A stretch of 64,000 nt of DNA, from positions 2,174 to 66,173 of the forward strand of contig CACYKF010000003.1 in NCBI GenBank assembly GCA_902774905.1. Direction: 5' to 3'. The stretch comes from an uncultured bacterium (GTDB lineage: Bacteria > Cyanobacteriota > Vampirovibrionia > Gastranaerophilales > Gastranaerophilaceae). Positions 10,107-19,204 of the stretch are shown here, one piece after another. A program made the position numbers and the translations under genes. Every line of letters begins with the position of its first letter. Positions within the stretch are counted from its first letter, which is position 1. The notes beneath the pieces were generated by a model. That model saw only the letters and a program-made list of their open reading frames with translations. It did not search any database and was not told the DNA's origin.

Positions 10107-11171
10107 ATGGCAAGAATAGCAATAGATGCAATGGGTGGAGATTATGCACCGAGAAAGATAGTTGAAGGCTCATTATGGGCTGCAATGGAGTACGGTGTAG
10201 GTTTGGAACTTGTCGGAAGAGAAGACGAAATTCAAAAAGAATTAGACCATATCAGACAAGTCGGATATATTTTGTCCGATATCGGAACAAAGGGACATAA
10301 AAGAAGAATTAAGATAGATTTAGACAAGATTGACTACACTATTACACACGCATCAGAAGTTATCGGAATGGGTGAAGCGGTAGGTCAGTCTATTCGTCGT
10401 AAGAAAGATTCATCAATTGTAGCCTCAGTTAATGCCGTAGCGCAGGGCAGATGTGAAGCCGTAGTCAGTGCAGGTTCAACAGGTGCGGCTATGGCGGCAA
10501 GTTTATTCGGATTAGGCCGAATTTCGGGCATTACAAGACCTGCTATTGCAGTTACATTACCAAGATTAGATAAACCTGTTGTAATAATTGACGGTGGCGC
10601 AAACAGTGATTGCAACGCAGGAATGCTTGCACAATTTGCGCAAATGGGTGTTGCATTTGCTAAATTAAACCTCGGGATTGAAAATCCAAAAGTCGGCATT
10701 TTGAGTATCGGAGAAGAAGAAGGAAAAGGAAACGAACTTGTCAAAGAAACTTATCCGCTTTTAAAACAAATGCATGAAGAAGGTCAATTTGAATTTGTTG
10801 GTAATGTTGAAGGGAAAGAAGTTTTTAAAGAAAAAGCAGATGTAATAGTTACTGACGGTTTTTCAGGCAATATCGTATTAAAAGTAACGGAAGGTTCATC
10901 TTCAATGCTTTTAAATATGATTAAAGCGGAATTCAAATCCGATATAATCGGAGCAGTAATCGGTCTTTTGGCTAAACCGTTTTTACGCCGAATTCTCAAA
11001 AAAGTAAATTGGGAAGTTTTTGGCGGAATGTTACTTTTAGGAGTTAACGGAATTTCAGTTATCGCGCATGGAAGAAGTTCTGCTTTTGCAATGAAAAATG
11101 CAGTCGGAGCAGCAGTAAAAGCACTTAACAAGGATATCAATTCAAAAATATCAGAAAGTATAAACAAGTAA
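10107..11171 (+). CDS. plsX: phosphate acyltransferase PlsX
   Basis: IAIDAMGGDYAP, GNVEG and VTDGFSGNIVLK motifs. Conserved rpmF-plsX-fabH order. Confidence 0.95.
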   Translation: MARIAIDAMGGDYAPRKIVEGSLWAAMEYGVGLELVGREDEIQKELDHIRQVGYILSDIGTKGHKRRIKIDLDKIDYTITHASEVIGMGEAVGQSIRRKKDSSIVASVNAVAQGRCEAVVSAGSTGAAMAASLFGLGRISGITRPAIAVTLPRLDKPVVIIDGGANSDCNAGMLAQFAQMGVAFAKLNLGIENPKVGILSIGEEEGKGNELVKETYPLLKQMHEEGQFEFVGNVEGKEVFKEKADVIVTDGFSGNIVLKVTEGSSSMLLNMIKAEFKSDIIGAVIGLLAKPFLRRILKKVNWEVFGGMLLLGVNGISVIAHGRSSAFAMKNAVGAAVKALNKDINSKISESINK

Positions 11172-12181
11172 TGACAAATTTTAAACCAATGAAAATAGCA
11201 GGAATAGGGTATTGTGTACCGAAAACGGTTATCACAAATGATGATTTAAAAAAACTTTATGAAACATCAGACGAGTGGATTTATACAAGAACAGGTATAA
11301 AAGAAAGACGCGTTGTTTCAGGTAATGAAACCGCTATTGATTTGGGTTTGGTTGCTGCAAAAAATGCACTCACAAAATCAGGTTTAGAACCAAAAGATAT
11401 TGACTGTATTATTTCAGCCGCTTCAGTACCTCCGCAACTTTATCCGACATTATCCTGCACTTTGCAGGATAGGTTAGGAATTCCAAATCAGGTTCCTGCA
11501 TTTGATTTAACTGCAGCATGCACAGGCCTAATTTATGCAATGCAGGTTGCAAGAGGATTTATCGGGGCGGGGATTTATAAAAATATACTGATTGTTGCCT
11601 CTGATAACAATTCTAAAATTACAGATTGGACAGACAGAGGGACATCAATTCTATTTGGCGATGGTGCAGGAGCAATGGTTGTAACCGAATCTGATGACGG
11701 GATAGACGATATTTTATCAATAAATATCAGTGCGGATGGTTCAATCGGACAAATGATTCAGACAAATATGCCAGGACAGTGTTGTCCGTTGGTTGAACAG
11801 GCAGATGAAGTCGGAACAGGCAAAATTATAATGAACGGGAAAGAGGTTTATAAATTTGCCGTTTCAACAGTTCCAGCCTATGTTGAAGAATGTATTGCCA
11901 AATCAGGTATGACATCAGAAGAAATTGATTATCTTATTCCGCATCAGGCAAACCAAAGAATTATAGAATCTATTCAAAACAGATTAAAATATTCTGACGA
12001 CAAAGTTATTTCTAACATAAAATATTACGGCAACACATCAGCCGCATCAATTCCAATCGCACTTGTAGAAGGTGTAGAGCAGGGCAAAATCAAACTCGGT
12101 TCAACGGCAGTTCTTTGCGGTTTTGGAGCAGGGATGACTTGGGGTGCAGCAGTTGTTCGTTTGCGTAAAGGTATTTGCTAA
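11171..12181 (+). CDS. fabH: 3-oxoacyl-ACP synthase III
   Basis: Active-site Cys in DLTAACTGLIYA, HQAN, GNTSAAS and a C-terminal GFGAGMTWG. Confidence 0.95.
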   Translation: MTNFKPMKIAGIGYCVPKTVITNDDLKKLYETSDEWIYTRTGIKERRVVSGNETAIDLGLVAAKNALTKSGLEPKDIDCIISAASVPPQLYPTLSCTLQDRLGIPNQVPAFDLTAACTGLIYAMQVARGFIGAGIYKNILIVASDNNSKITDWTDRGTSILFGDGAGAMVVTESDDGIDDILSINISADGSIGQMIQTNMPGQCCPLVEQADEVGTGKIIMNGKEVYKFAVSTVPAYVEECIAKSGMTSEEIDYLIPHQANQRIIESIQNRLKYSDDKVISNIKYYGNTSAASIPIALVEGVEQGKIKLGSTAVLCGFGAGMTWGAAVVRLRKGIC

Positions 12182-12402
12182 TGAGCCACAAAATAGCAAT
12201 TAATGGTTTTGGTCGTTTGGGCAGAAGTGTTGCAAATGTCATGCTCTCAGGCACAGACAATTACAAAATTTACACAAAAGAACAAGATTTTTTATCTGAT
12301 TTTGATTATAAAGCAGTATGCGAAAAGCAAGATTCTTTGGTAAAAGCATATAAAGCAGTTAGATCAAAGTATTACCCTGAAAAAGATTTGTATAAATTAT
12401 AA
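12181..12402 (+). CDS. 73-aa ORF carrying only a GAPDH-like N-terminal dinucleotide-binding signature
   Basis: MSHKIAINGFGRLGR resembles the GAPDH N-terminus (INGFGRIGR). The ATG overlaps the fabH stop as TAATG. The rest has no GAPDH similarity. Confidence 0.4.
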   Translation: MSHKIAINGFGRLGRSVANVMLSGTDNYKIYTKEQDFLSDFDYKAVCEKQDSLVKAYKAVRSKYYPEKDLYKL

Positions 12403-12561
12403 ATCTTCAGGCAAATACATAATATTTTTTTCTAAAATTTCTCTTGTATGTTCATAACAACAACTTTTTTGGGTAAGTTTTTGGTATTCACGGACAATAT
12501 TTAAAACATCATCAACGGTAAGACGAATCATGCGTCTTTCATTTTCAATAATTTCAGCCAT
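12397..12561 (-). CDS. small ORF (54 aa) not in the ORF track
   Basis: I translated it by hand: MAEIIENERRMIRLTVDDVLNIVREYQKLTQKSCCYEHTREILEKNIMYLPEDL. An AAAGGAAG RBS lies 5 nt upstream. Its 3' end overlaps the convergent ORF by 6 nt. Confidence 0.35.
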   Translation of the reverse strand: MAEIIENERRMIRLTVDDVLNIVREYQKLTQKSCCYEHTREILEKNIMYLPEDL

Positions 12562-12599
12562 AAATTCTTCCTTTCTTTTGCTTTATATCGGAAGAATTT
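12562..12599 (-). promoter_or_regulatory. hairpin that can sequester the RBS of the 54-aa ORF
   Basis: Perfect 10-bp arms aaattcttcc / ggaagaattt with an 18-nt loop. On the mRNA the 3' arm contains GGAAG and abuts the ATG. Confidence 0.4.
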
Positions 12600-12648
12600 A
12601 TTTTAAATTTAAAAAGTCATTTATAAGGTTTAAAAACAGAATTTCAAA

Positions 12649-13644
12649 TTATAATAAATTTTTGATAATTGCATCCGTAAATTCACTTGTAGAATGATTA
12701 CCACCTAAATCTGCGGTTTTAAATCCTTCAGATAAAGTTTTAAATAATGCATTCTCTATTTTTTTAGCATAATCGTATTCATTGATATATTTAAGCATTT
12801 CAATTGCAGATAATAAAAGCGCAGTCGGATTAGCCTTATTTTGTCCTTTTATGTCAGGAGCAGAGCCATGAACAGGTTCAAATACAGCGCAATCAAATCC
12901 GATATTCGCGCCTTGTGCAACACCAAGACCACCAATTAACCCCGCAGTCAAATCAGACACAATATCACCATAAAGATTAGGCAATACAAGAACATCAAAT
13001 CTTGTCGGATCCTGAACAAGTTGCATACACAAATTATCAACCAAAATTTCTCTTTGCTTAATATCGGGATAATCTTTTGCTACATTTCTGTATGAATCCA
13101 AAAATAAACCGTCAGAAAGTTTCATAATATTTGCTTTTGTAACAACACAAACTTCTTGCCTGCCATTTTTTATAGCATAATCAAATGCAAAACGGCAAAT
13201 TCGTTCAGATGCTTCTCTTGTAATAATCTTAATACTGTGAGCGGTATTTTCATCAATCTGTTCTTCTACTCCGGCGTATAAATCTTGCGTATTTTCGCGG
13301 ACTACAACCAAATCAACATTTTCAAATTTTGTTTTAACACCGGGGAGATTTTTGCATGGTCTTAAATTTGCATATAAGTCTAAATCTTTGCGCAATTGCA
13401 CATTGACAGAACGAAATCCTTTTCCTATCGGAGTTGTTACAGGTGCCTTTAAAGCAACTTTATTTGTTTTAATCGAATCTAACACCCTTTGTGGTAACGG
13501 TGTTCCTTCAGATTCAATAACATCAGCACCGGCACTTTGAAAATCCCAATTTATATCAAGACCGCTTTCCTTAATAATTTTTACAACACTTTCAGATATT
13601 TCAGGACCTATTCCGTCACCGTTTATTAATGTAATATTATGCAT
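12649..13644 (-). CDS. isocitrate/isopropylmalate dehydrogenase family protein (NAD-IDH-like)
   Basis: Family motifs GDGIGPEI, LKAPVTTP, ANLRP, YGDIVSDL and HGSAPDI. At 331 aa it has the short NAD-dependent layout. Confidence 0.85.
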   Translation of the reverse strand: MHNITLINGDGIGPEISESVVKIIKESGLDINWDFQSAGADVIESEGTPLPQRVLDSIKTNKVALKAPVTTPIGKGFRSVNVQLRKDLDLYANLRPCKNLPGVKTKFENVDLVVVRENTQDLYAGVEEQIDENTAHSIKIITREASERICRFAFDYAIKNGRQEVCVVTKANIMKLSDGLFLDSYRNVAKDYPDIKQREILVDNLCMQLVQDPTRFDVLVLPNLYGDIVSDLTAGLIGGLGVAQGANIGFDCAVFEPVHGSAPDIKGQNKANPTALLLSAIEMLKYINEYDYAKKIENALFKTLSEGFKTADLGGNHSTSEFTDAIIKNLL

Positions 13645-13718
13645 AACAAAAACCTCCGCAATATAATAATTTAATTATATAACAGAGGAAAAAAAATAGG
13701 GGAAAATAAATTTTTAAA

Positions 13719-15125
13719 TTAACCTTGGAATGCTTTAAACGAACGCTGCATGTTTTTATCTAATGCGCTTTTTACTGATTCGTATTCTGTCTGCATAGCG
13801 TTGTGTTCAGAATCTAAAAGGCTTATTTTTCTTTGATATTTTTCATCTTTAGCATTAATTTCTGCGGTTTTTCTCTGGTATTCCGCTTCGGCTTGTGAAA
13901 TCGCTTTATTATTATCAGATTCGACAATCTCAGAAATAGAAGAATAAATTTTGCCGCTCCAAGTAATTCCTTTCAAGTTGAAAGTAAACGGATTTTCATT
14001 TGAAGCAACTGTCATATTTTCATTTGAATAAGCCGCCTGTTCGATATTTACAAGACCTTTTGACAAAGCATTACTAATCCAAACACTGCTGTTTAATAAA
14101 CTTGCATCATCCGGCAATACTTTTTGACCGTCTTTTGCTTCTCTAATACCATCACTTATATTAAATGAAGAATAATTTTTAGAACCTGTATTATCGGTTG
14201 ACTGACCATTGATTCTGTACCAAAGATTTGTGTACCACTGTGCCTTTGTAGGATCATCATACTGATATGCCTGATTTGCAGACAATCCGAGTTCATTAAG
14301 TTCATCCTGGTATTGCGCTAATGCACTCTTATATTGTTGATAACCGTCATATAACTGTTTATATGTTATTGTCACCGCATTGCCGTTTGAATCAACTAAA
14401 CCGGGAACATTTCCACCGTTTGTCGACGGATTAGTTGCTATATCTATTAATTTAGATTCTTTTGCAGAAACATAAGATACTAATTTGGTAAATTTTTCAC
14501 GGTCACTTTCCATTTGGACTAAATGGATATTAAGATCAGCCTTTGAAACATTTTCACCGGCAGATTGGCGATTAACAATTACATTATATTTAGCCAATGA
14601 GTCAAGATAATTTCCCTGTGCCGCTAATTTATCAGCCGCCCAAGAACTTTGTGCATACCCGACACCAACATACTCTACTGCATTATTCCAATACTGTGCA
14701 AAGGCTCCCAAATTTTGATGAACATCTGTCCATGTAGATTCCAAATTTGCGGTTTTAAATGATCTATTAATACCATATTTCGTTAGAAAAGATTCCAAAT
14801 TAGGGGAACTTTCGTAATTTTTTATGTCTTTATTAGTTAATAATACTTTTCCTGAATTATTTGTTAATACATACTGATTTTTTCCATCTGCATACTCATA
14901 CATTGTAGCAACGGTCAAAGGTGTTTTAACCGAATCACCGGTTGAATCAAAGGAAATAAACGAATATTGAATATCATTTAACGCTGCAATATACACCTCA
15001 CTTGCTTCCTGAGACTGAGTTGCAAGACGCATTTTTGCGTTAGAAATCTGCTGAGATTCATACTCATTAGAGGTAAGTCGAGCCGTAATTGATAATAATC
15101 TTGCCTGTGAAGATGCTAATCCCAT
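13719..15125 (-). CDS. hypothetical protein with helical N/C termini and an aromatic/Asn-rich core (flagellin-like architecture)
   Basis: 468-aa ORF with a GAAAGGA RBS and no signal peptide. The N-terminal 50 and C-terminal 60 residues are heptad-like and charged (QARLLSITARL...; AEAEYQRKTAEINAKDEKYQRK...). No family recognised. Confidence 0.7.
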   Translation of the reverse strand: MGLASSQARLLSITARLTSNEYESQQISNAKMRLATQSQEASEVYIAALNDIQYSFISFDSTGDSVKTPLTVATMYEYADGKNQYVLTNNSGKVLLTNKDIKNYESSPNLESFLTKYGINRSFKTANLESTWTDVHQNLGAFAQYWNNAVEYVGVGYAQSSWAADKLAAQGNYLDSLAKYNVIVNRQSAGENVSKADLNIHLVQMESDREKFTKLVSYVSAKESKLIDIATNPSTNGGNVPGLVDSNGNAVTITYKQLYDGYQQYKSALAQYQDELNELGLSANQAYQYDDPTKAQWYTNLWYRINGQSTDNTGSKNYSSFNISDGIREAKDGQKVLPDDASLLNSSVWISNALSKGLVNIEQAAYSNENMTVASNENPFTFNLKGITWSGKIYSSISEIVESDNNKAISQAEAEYQRKTAEINAKDEKYQRKISLLDSEHNAMQTEYESVKSALDKNMQRSFKAFQG

Positions 15126-15350
15126 GATAATTTATTCCTTTCAGAGTTACTCTTATATGTTGTGACGGAACAAAGAGAGTGTTTCTTTAATATTTTCAGA
15201 CAAATGTAAAGTTATGTAACAAAAAATATATAAATTGAATATAAAAAGTCAATATTTTTTTAAGTGATGTTTTTATATATATGTAAGAAATAAATAAAGA
15301 AAAAAGAAAAATCGTTTAATTAAGAGTTTTAAGAAGAGAGGAACAAAACT

Positions 15351-15527
15351 ATGGCAACTGTGCTGTTATTTTCTGATGCAATTTTAAATACATATAAGGA
15401 TACTTCCGAAGGTTTGAAAGATATCAAACTAAACGAAAGCAGAAAAGTAAGAAAGACTTTAACACAAATGATGAAACAGTCATTCTTCCAAGGTGCAAAC
15501 AGATTCGGGACGAATTTTATTGCATAA
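15351..15527 (+). CDS. small ORF (58 aa) not in the ORF track
   Basis: MATVLLFSDAILNTYKDTSEGLKDIKLNESRKVRKTLTQMMKQSFFQGANRFGTNFIA. AGAGAGGAA RBS upstream, and the terminator at 15615-15641 follows. Confidence 0.35.
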   Translation: MATVLLFSDAILNTYKDTSEGLKDIKLNESRKVRKTLTQMMKQSFFQGANRFGTNFIA

Positions 15528-15614
15528 GCAGTTGGATAATCAACAAAAGGAAAACGGAAAGAACCTAAAAAGGAATAAGAATAAGGAAAACAAAGAATTA
15601 GGAATATATATTAT

Positions 15615-15641
15615 AAGCCCTCAAAAGAGGGCTTTTTATTT
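15615..15641 (+). terminator. intrinsic terminator
   Basis: aagccctc-aaaa-gagggctt hairpin followed by tttatttta. Confidence 0.7.
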
Positions 15642-15644
15642 TAT

Positions 15645-16397
15645 CTATTTTAATAATTTATCAAGACCATAAACAAAATCGTTTTCTTTTGCAACATGCT
15701 TAACCGCAAGCATAACACCGTCCATATAGCATTTTCTATCGGTTGAATCATGACGGATTTTTAATATCTGACCGTTTGAGCCAAAAATAACCTCCTGCGA
15801 AGCCATAAAACCCGGCATTCTGACAGAATGTATCTGAATATCAGAATACGAAGTTCCGCCTCTTGAGCCTTTGATAGTTTCTGTTTCCGGGCAATTACCT
15901 GTTTTAAAACTGTCTTTTGCCTCTGACATCATTAATGCTGTTTTTATTGCGGTACCGGATGGAGCATCTTTTTTCTGATTGTGATGTAGTTCAATAATTT
16001 CAGCATTATCAAAATATTTTGCAGCCATTTGCGCAAATTTCATCATCAATACCGCACCTGTTGAAAAATTCGGAGCAATCAGACATCCTGTATTGTTATT
16101 TTTTGATAAGTTTTCTAACTGTTCAATTTGATTATCTGACAATCCCGTTGTTCCGATAACAATTTTTATCCCGTTATTAAGGCAAAATTTAGCATTCTCG
16201 AATACTGATGAAGGTTGGGTAAAATCGACCAATACATCAATTTTTTCGGATTTAGAAGCCTCATCAATCGAAGAATAAACATCATCTCCGCAAATATCAA
16301 TTTTTGCAGCAAGTTCAACATAATCATCACTTAAAACAGCCTGACAGACTTCTTTTCCCATTCTGCCATTAGCACCGCAAACCGCAACTCTTATCAT
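15645..16397 (-). CDS. dapB: 4-hydroxy-tetrahydrodipicolinate reductase
   Basis: GANGRMG nucleotide-binding motif and ELHHNQKKDAPSGTA signature. Start set at MIRVAVCG, which has a GGGGAG RBS. Confidence 0.9.
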   Translation of the reverse strand: MIRVAVCGANGRMGKEVCQAVLSDDYVELAAKIDICGDDVYSSIDEASKSEKIDVLVDFTQPSSVFENAKFCLNNGIKIVIGTTGLSDNQIEQLENLSKNNNTGCLIAPNFSTGAVLMMKFAQMAAKYFDNAEIIELHHNQKKDAPSGTAIKTALMMSEAKDSFKTGNCPETETIKGSRGGTSYSDIQIHSVRMPGFMASQEVIFGSNGQILKIRHDSTDRKCYMDGVMLAVKHVAKENDFVYGLDKLLK

Positions 16398-16398
16398 T

Positions 16399-16938
16399 TT
16401 AGTACTCCCCATCACTCATAATCGGAGCATCTTCTTCATCTTTTAATGCAGACAAATCATCCGCACACACAGAATCAAAATCTTCAGGAAGCATGTCATT
16501 ATCAGGCCACTGAGTATCATTATCATATCTTGCAGATGAAAGATTTTCGCATGAAGACAAATCGGAATTTGATAAATCAGATTCCGCAAGAATACATCCG
16601 GCCATATCCGCTCCTGCAAATGTGCAATATGTCATTTGCGCATAACTGCAATCCGCACCGGTCAAAATAGCATCCGTAAAATCACATTCAACTATACTTG
16701 CCCTTGTAAAATCAACCGATGTTAAATCGGCATCACTAAAATTTACCAAAGATAAATCACCGTCGGCAAATGAACTTGAATTCAAATCAACTCCGCTGAA
16801 ATCAACATCTTTAAGCACAATACCTGAAAAATCAACTTCGCTTAAGTCAATATCATCTCTATCCTTTTTCCATTCGTTAAATTGTTCCGGGGTTCTTTCA
16901 ATTAAAGACAATAACTCATCTTTTGTATAATCTAACAT
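16399..16938 (-). CDS. pentapeptide-repeat protein
   Basis: Long run of A(D/N)LXX-type repeats (DFSGVDLNSSSFADGDLSLVNFSDADLTSVDF...) with an acidic C-terminus. Confidence 0.85.
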   Translation of the reverse strand: MLDYTKDELLSLIERTPEQFNEWKKDRDDIDLSEVDFSGIVLKDVDFSGVDLNSSSFADGDLSLVNFSDADLTSVDFTRASIVECDFTDAILTGADCSYAQMTYCTFAGADMAGCILAESDLSNSDLSSCENLSSARYDNDTQWPDNDMLPEDFDSVCADDLSALKDEEDAPIMSDGEY

Positions 16939-17018
16939 TATTTTCTCCTTAAAATAAATATTTTATACACTTATACGGATTTTATAATAAAACATCAATA
17001 TATATATAGTCAAGAGTT

Positions 17019-17666
17019 TTATACAATTTTGTACTTTAAAGCCTTTAAAGCAGCCTGAAGTCTGTCATCAACCTCAAGTTTTTGTAAAATATTTGCAACA
17101 TGCGCTTTTGTTGTATTTACACTTATAACAAGATGTTGGGCAATTTCCATATTACTATACCCCTCAGTCATAAGTTTTAAAATCTGTGCTTCTCTTGTTG
17201 TTAAATCATAGTCTTTATAATTCGTGTCCTTATCATCTATTTTTGTCGATGATGTAGCCTGAAGAACAATATGCGCAATACTCGGATCAAACCATGCTGC
17301 ACCTTCTGAAACAGACTGAACAACCTGAACAAGTCGTTGAAGATTTATCTCTTTAGAACAATAAGCATTTGCACCGGCTTTTAAACTGTTTAAGACTTCT
17401 TTTTCATCATTATGAGAAGTTAAAATAATTATTTTTGCCTCGGGATTTATAGAGTGAATGGCTTGAGTAGTTTCAATACCGTTCATTTTAGGCAAGCCCA
17501 AATCCATAATGACCAAATCTATAGTATTATTTTTAAACACCTCAATAGCATCTTCTCCGCTTGATGCCTCATAAATAACATCAACATAATCCACATCTTC
17601 AAATGTTGTCTTTAAGCCAAAGCGAGTTAATTCATGGTCTTCAACAATTAATAAATTTTTCTTCAT
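17019..17666 (-). CDS. NarL/LuxR-family response regulator
   Basis: REC domain (LLIVEDHELTR, DLVIMDLGLP) plus a LuxR HTH (LTTREAQILKLMTEGYSNMEIAQHLVISVNTTKAHV). Confidence 0.9.
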   Translation of the reverse strand: MKKNLLIVEDHELTRFGLKTTFEDVDYVDVIYEASSGEDAIEVFKNNTIDLVIMDLGLPKMNGIETTQAIHSINPEAKIIILTSHNDEKEVLNSLKAGANAYCSKEINLQRLVQVVQSVSEGAAWFDPSIAHIVLQATSSTKIDDKDTNYKDYDLTTREAQILKLMTEGYSNMEIAQHLVISVNTTKAHVANILQKLEVDDRLQAALKALKYKIV

Positions 17667-19204
17667 ATATTTAATTCCTTTTTAGGTAAATCATAATCAG
17701 GATTCAATTTCAAACTGTGTTCAAAATTTTCTTTTGCTTCTGCACTCAGTCCCCGGTCTTTTAAAATAAGACCTAAATAATAATAGTATCGACAATCAGA
17801 GTTATCAATATATTTAGCAATTCTTAAATAAGAAACTGCCTTATCAATGTTATCTTTTTTGAGTGAAACCCTTGCCAAATCAATCCATGCATCTTTAAAA
17901 TCAGGATTGATTGATATGGCTTTTTTCAGATATTCAAATTCTCTGTCAGGCTCTAACAATGCCATTTGATAATAAGCCATAAATGACTTTGAAGATACTT
18001 TTAAAATTTTGGAATAAATATCTTTTGCCTTTTGCACATCTTTCATTGTCAAATAAGTTTGAGCAAGGGCAAGTTCAGCGGAAAAATCATTAAATTTTCC
18101 CTGAATTTTCTTATAATACTTTAAGGCATTTTGATAATCTTTGTTACGATAGGCAATATTACCCAAAACAAGGAGACTTGACGAATTTTTTTTATCAATA
18201 TCAAGAGTTTTTAGGGCATAATTTTGCGCCTTTTCAAACTCTTTCATATCATAATAAACTCTTGCATAAAGAGCATAAACATCTTTATTAATCGACTTTT
18301 TACCTGATATTGATGTTTGAAGTACACCGATAGCCTTGTTATATTCCCCGTTATCATAATAATAATGAGCAAGGTGATATTTTTTTAGATAATCATTTTT
18401 AACCGACTTATAAAGCACATATTCTTTTGACGCATCAACTTCATCATCAAATATCACAGTTTTTAATCCGTAATGTTCAAAATCTTTTATCAAATTGACT
18501 GCATCTTTCGGATTAGTACTTTGTGCGACAATTTCGGCCTTTAACCTTTTATAATTAAGATTTTGGGGATTTTTAACAATTGCCTGATTTATATATTTAT
18601 CCGCCTGTTTATAATCCCCGCTTTTCATTGCCCCGAATGCGGCAACATAATTTGCATAATCTGAATCAGTTAAAAGAGCCGTTTGTTTAGTCAATTCTGC
18701 TGTCGCTTCTCTTGACTGATCATTATAACGCATATTTGAATATAATTCCGCAAGGTATAGTTGATCTTTTTTGGTTAAATTACCTGACGGGAAATAGAAG
18801 GCTTTTATATCATCTTCAATCTGAGAAGATAAACTGCCATCTTCAATTTTTGACATCGCAAGTTCAGATAAATTAAAAAAACCGATAGATGCCATTTCTT
18901 CAGAAAGGCGCATGTACACATAATCGTTTGGGGTTACAGAATCAATCAAAACCTTAAAATCAGAATAAGATGAACGGATATTACTTTTAATAAACTTATC
19001 CATCGCAATAGCATATTGATTTTTTACGGCATTTTGAGTTAAAGTTGCTCTTTTAAGTGCAAAAGACGGAATAACAACCGTTTCCTTATATGTATTTTGA
19101 TTGTAATCAAGAGGATTAACCGGAGCAATACCTTTCATATCAAGCGAAAAAGCAGGCGAAGACAAGAATAACAAAGATAATAATAAGCCTATACTACGCT
19201 TCAT
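17663..19204 (-). CDS. secreted TPR-repeat protein
   Basis: Signal peptide MKRSIGLLLSLLFLSSPAFS followed by many TPR-like A/Y/L repeats. Overlaps both neighbouring genes. Confidence 0.8.
   Translation of the reverse strand: MKRSIGLLLSLLFLSSPAFSLDMKGIAPVNPLDYNQNTYKETVVIPSFALKRATLTQNAVKNQYAIAMDKFIKSNIRSSYSDFKVLIDSVTPNDYVYMRLSEEMASIGFFNLSELAMSKIEDGSLSSQIEDDIKAFYFPSGNLTKKDQLYLAELYSNMRYNDQSREATAELTKQTALLTDSDYANYVAAFGAMKSGDYKQADKYINQAIVKNPQNLNYKRLKAEIVAQSTNPKDAVNLIKDFEHYGLKTVIFDDEVDASKEYVLYKSVKNDYLKKYHLAHYYYDNGEYNKAIGVLQTSISGKKSINKDVYALYARVYYDMKEFEKAQNYALKTLDIDKKNSSSLLVLGNIAYRNKDYQNALKYYKKIQGKFNDFSAELALAQTYLTMKDVQKAKDIYSKILKVSSKSFMAYYQMALLEPDREFEYLKKAISINPDFKDAWIDLARVSLKKDNIDKAVSYLRIAKYIDNSDCRYYYYLGLILKDRGLSAEAKENFEHSLKLNPDYDLPKKELNI

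Noticed and set aside
15126-15260. Sigma-28 (flagellar) promoter upstream of the flagellin-architecture orphan
   Set aside because: The best candidate, TAAAG-N15-TCCGTCAC, matches the TAAA-N15-GCCGATAA consensus only partially. That is not enough to claim.
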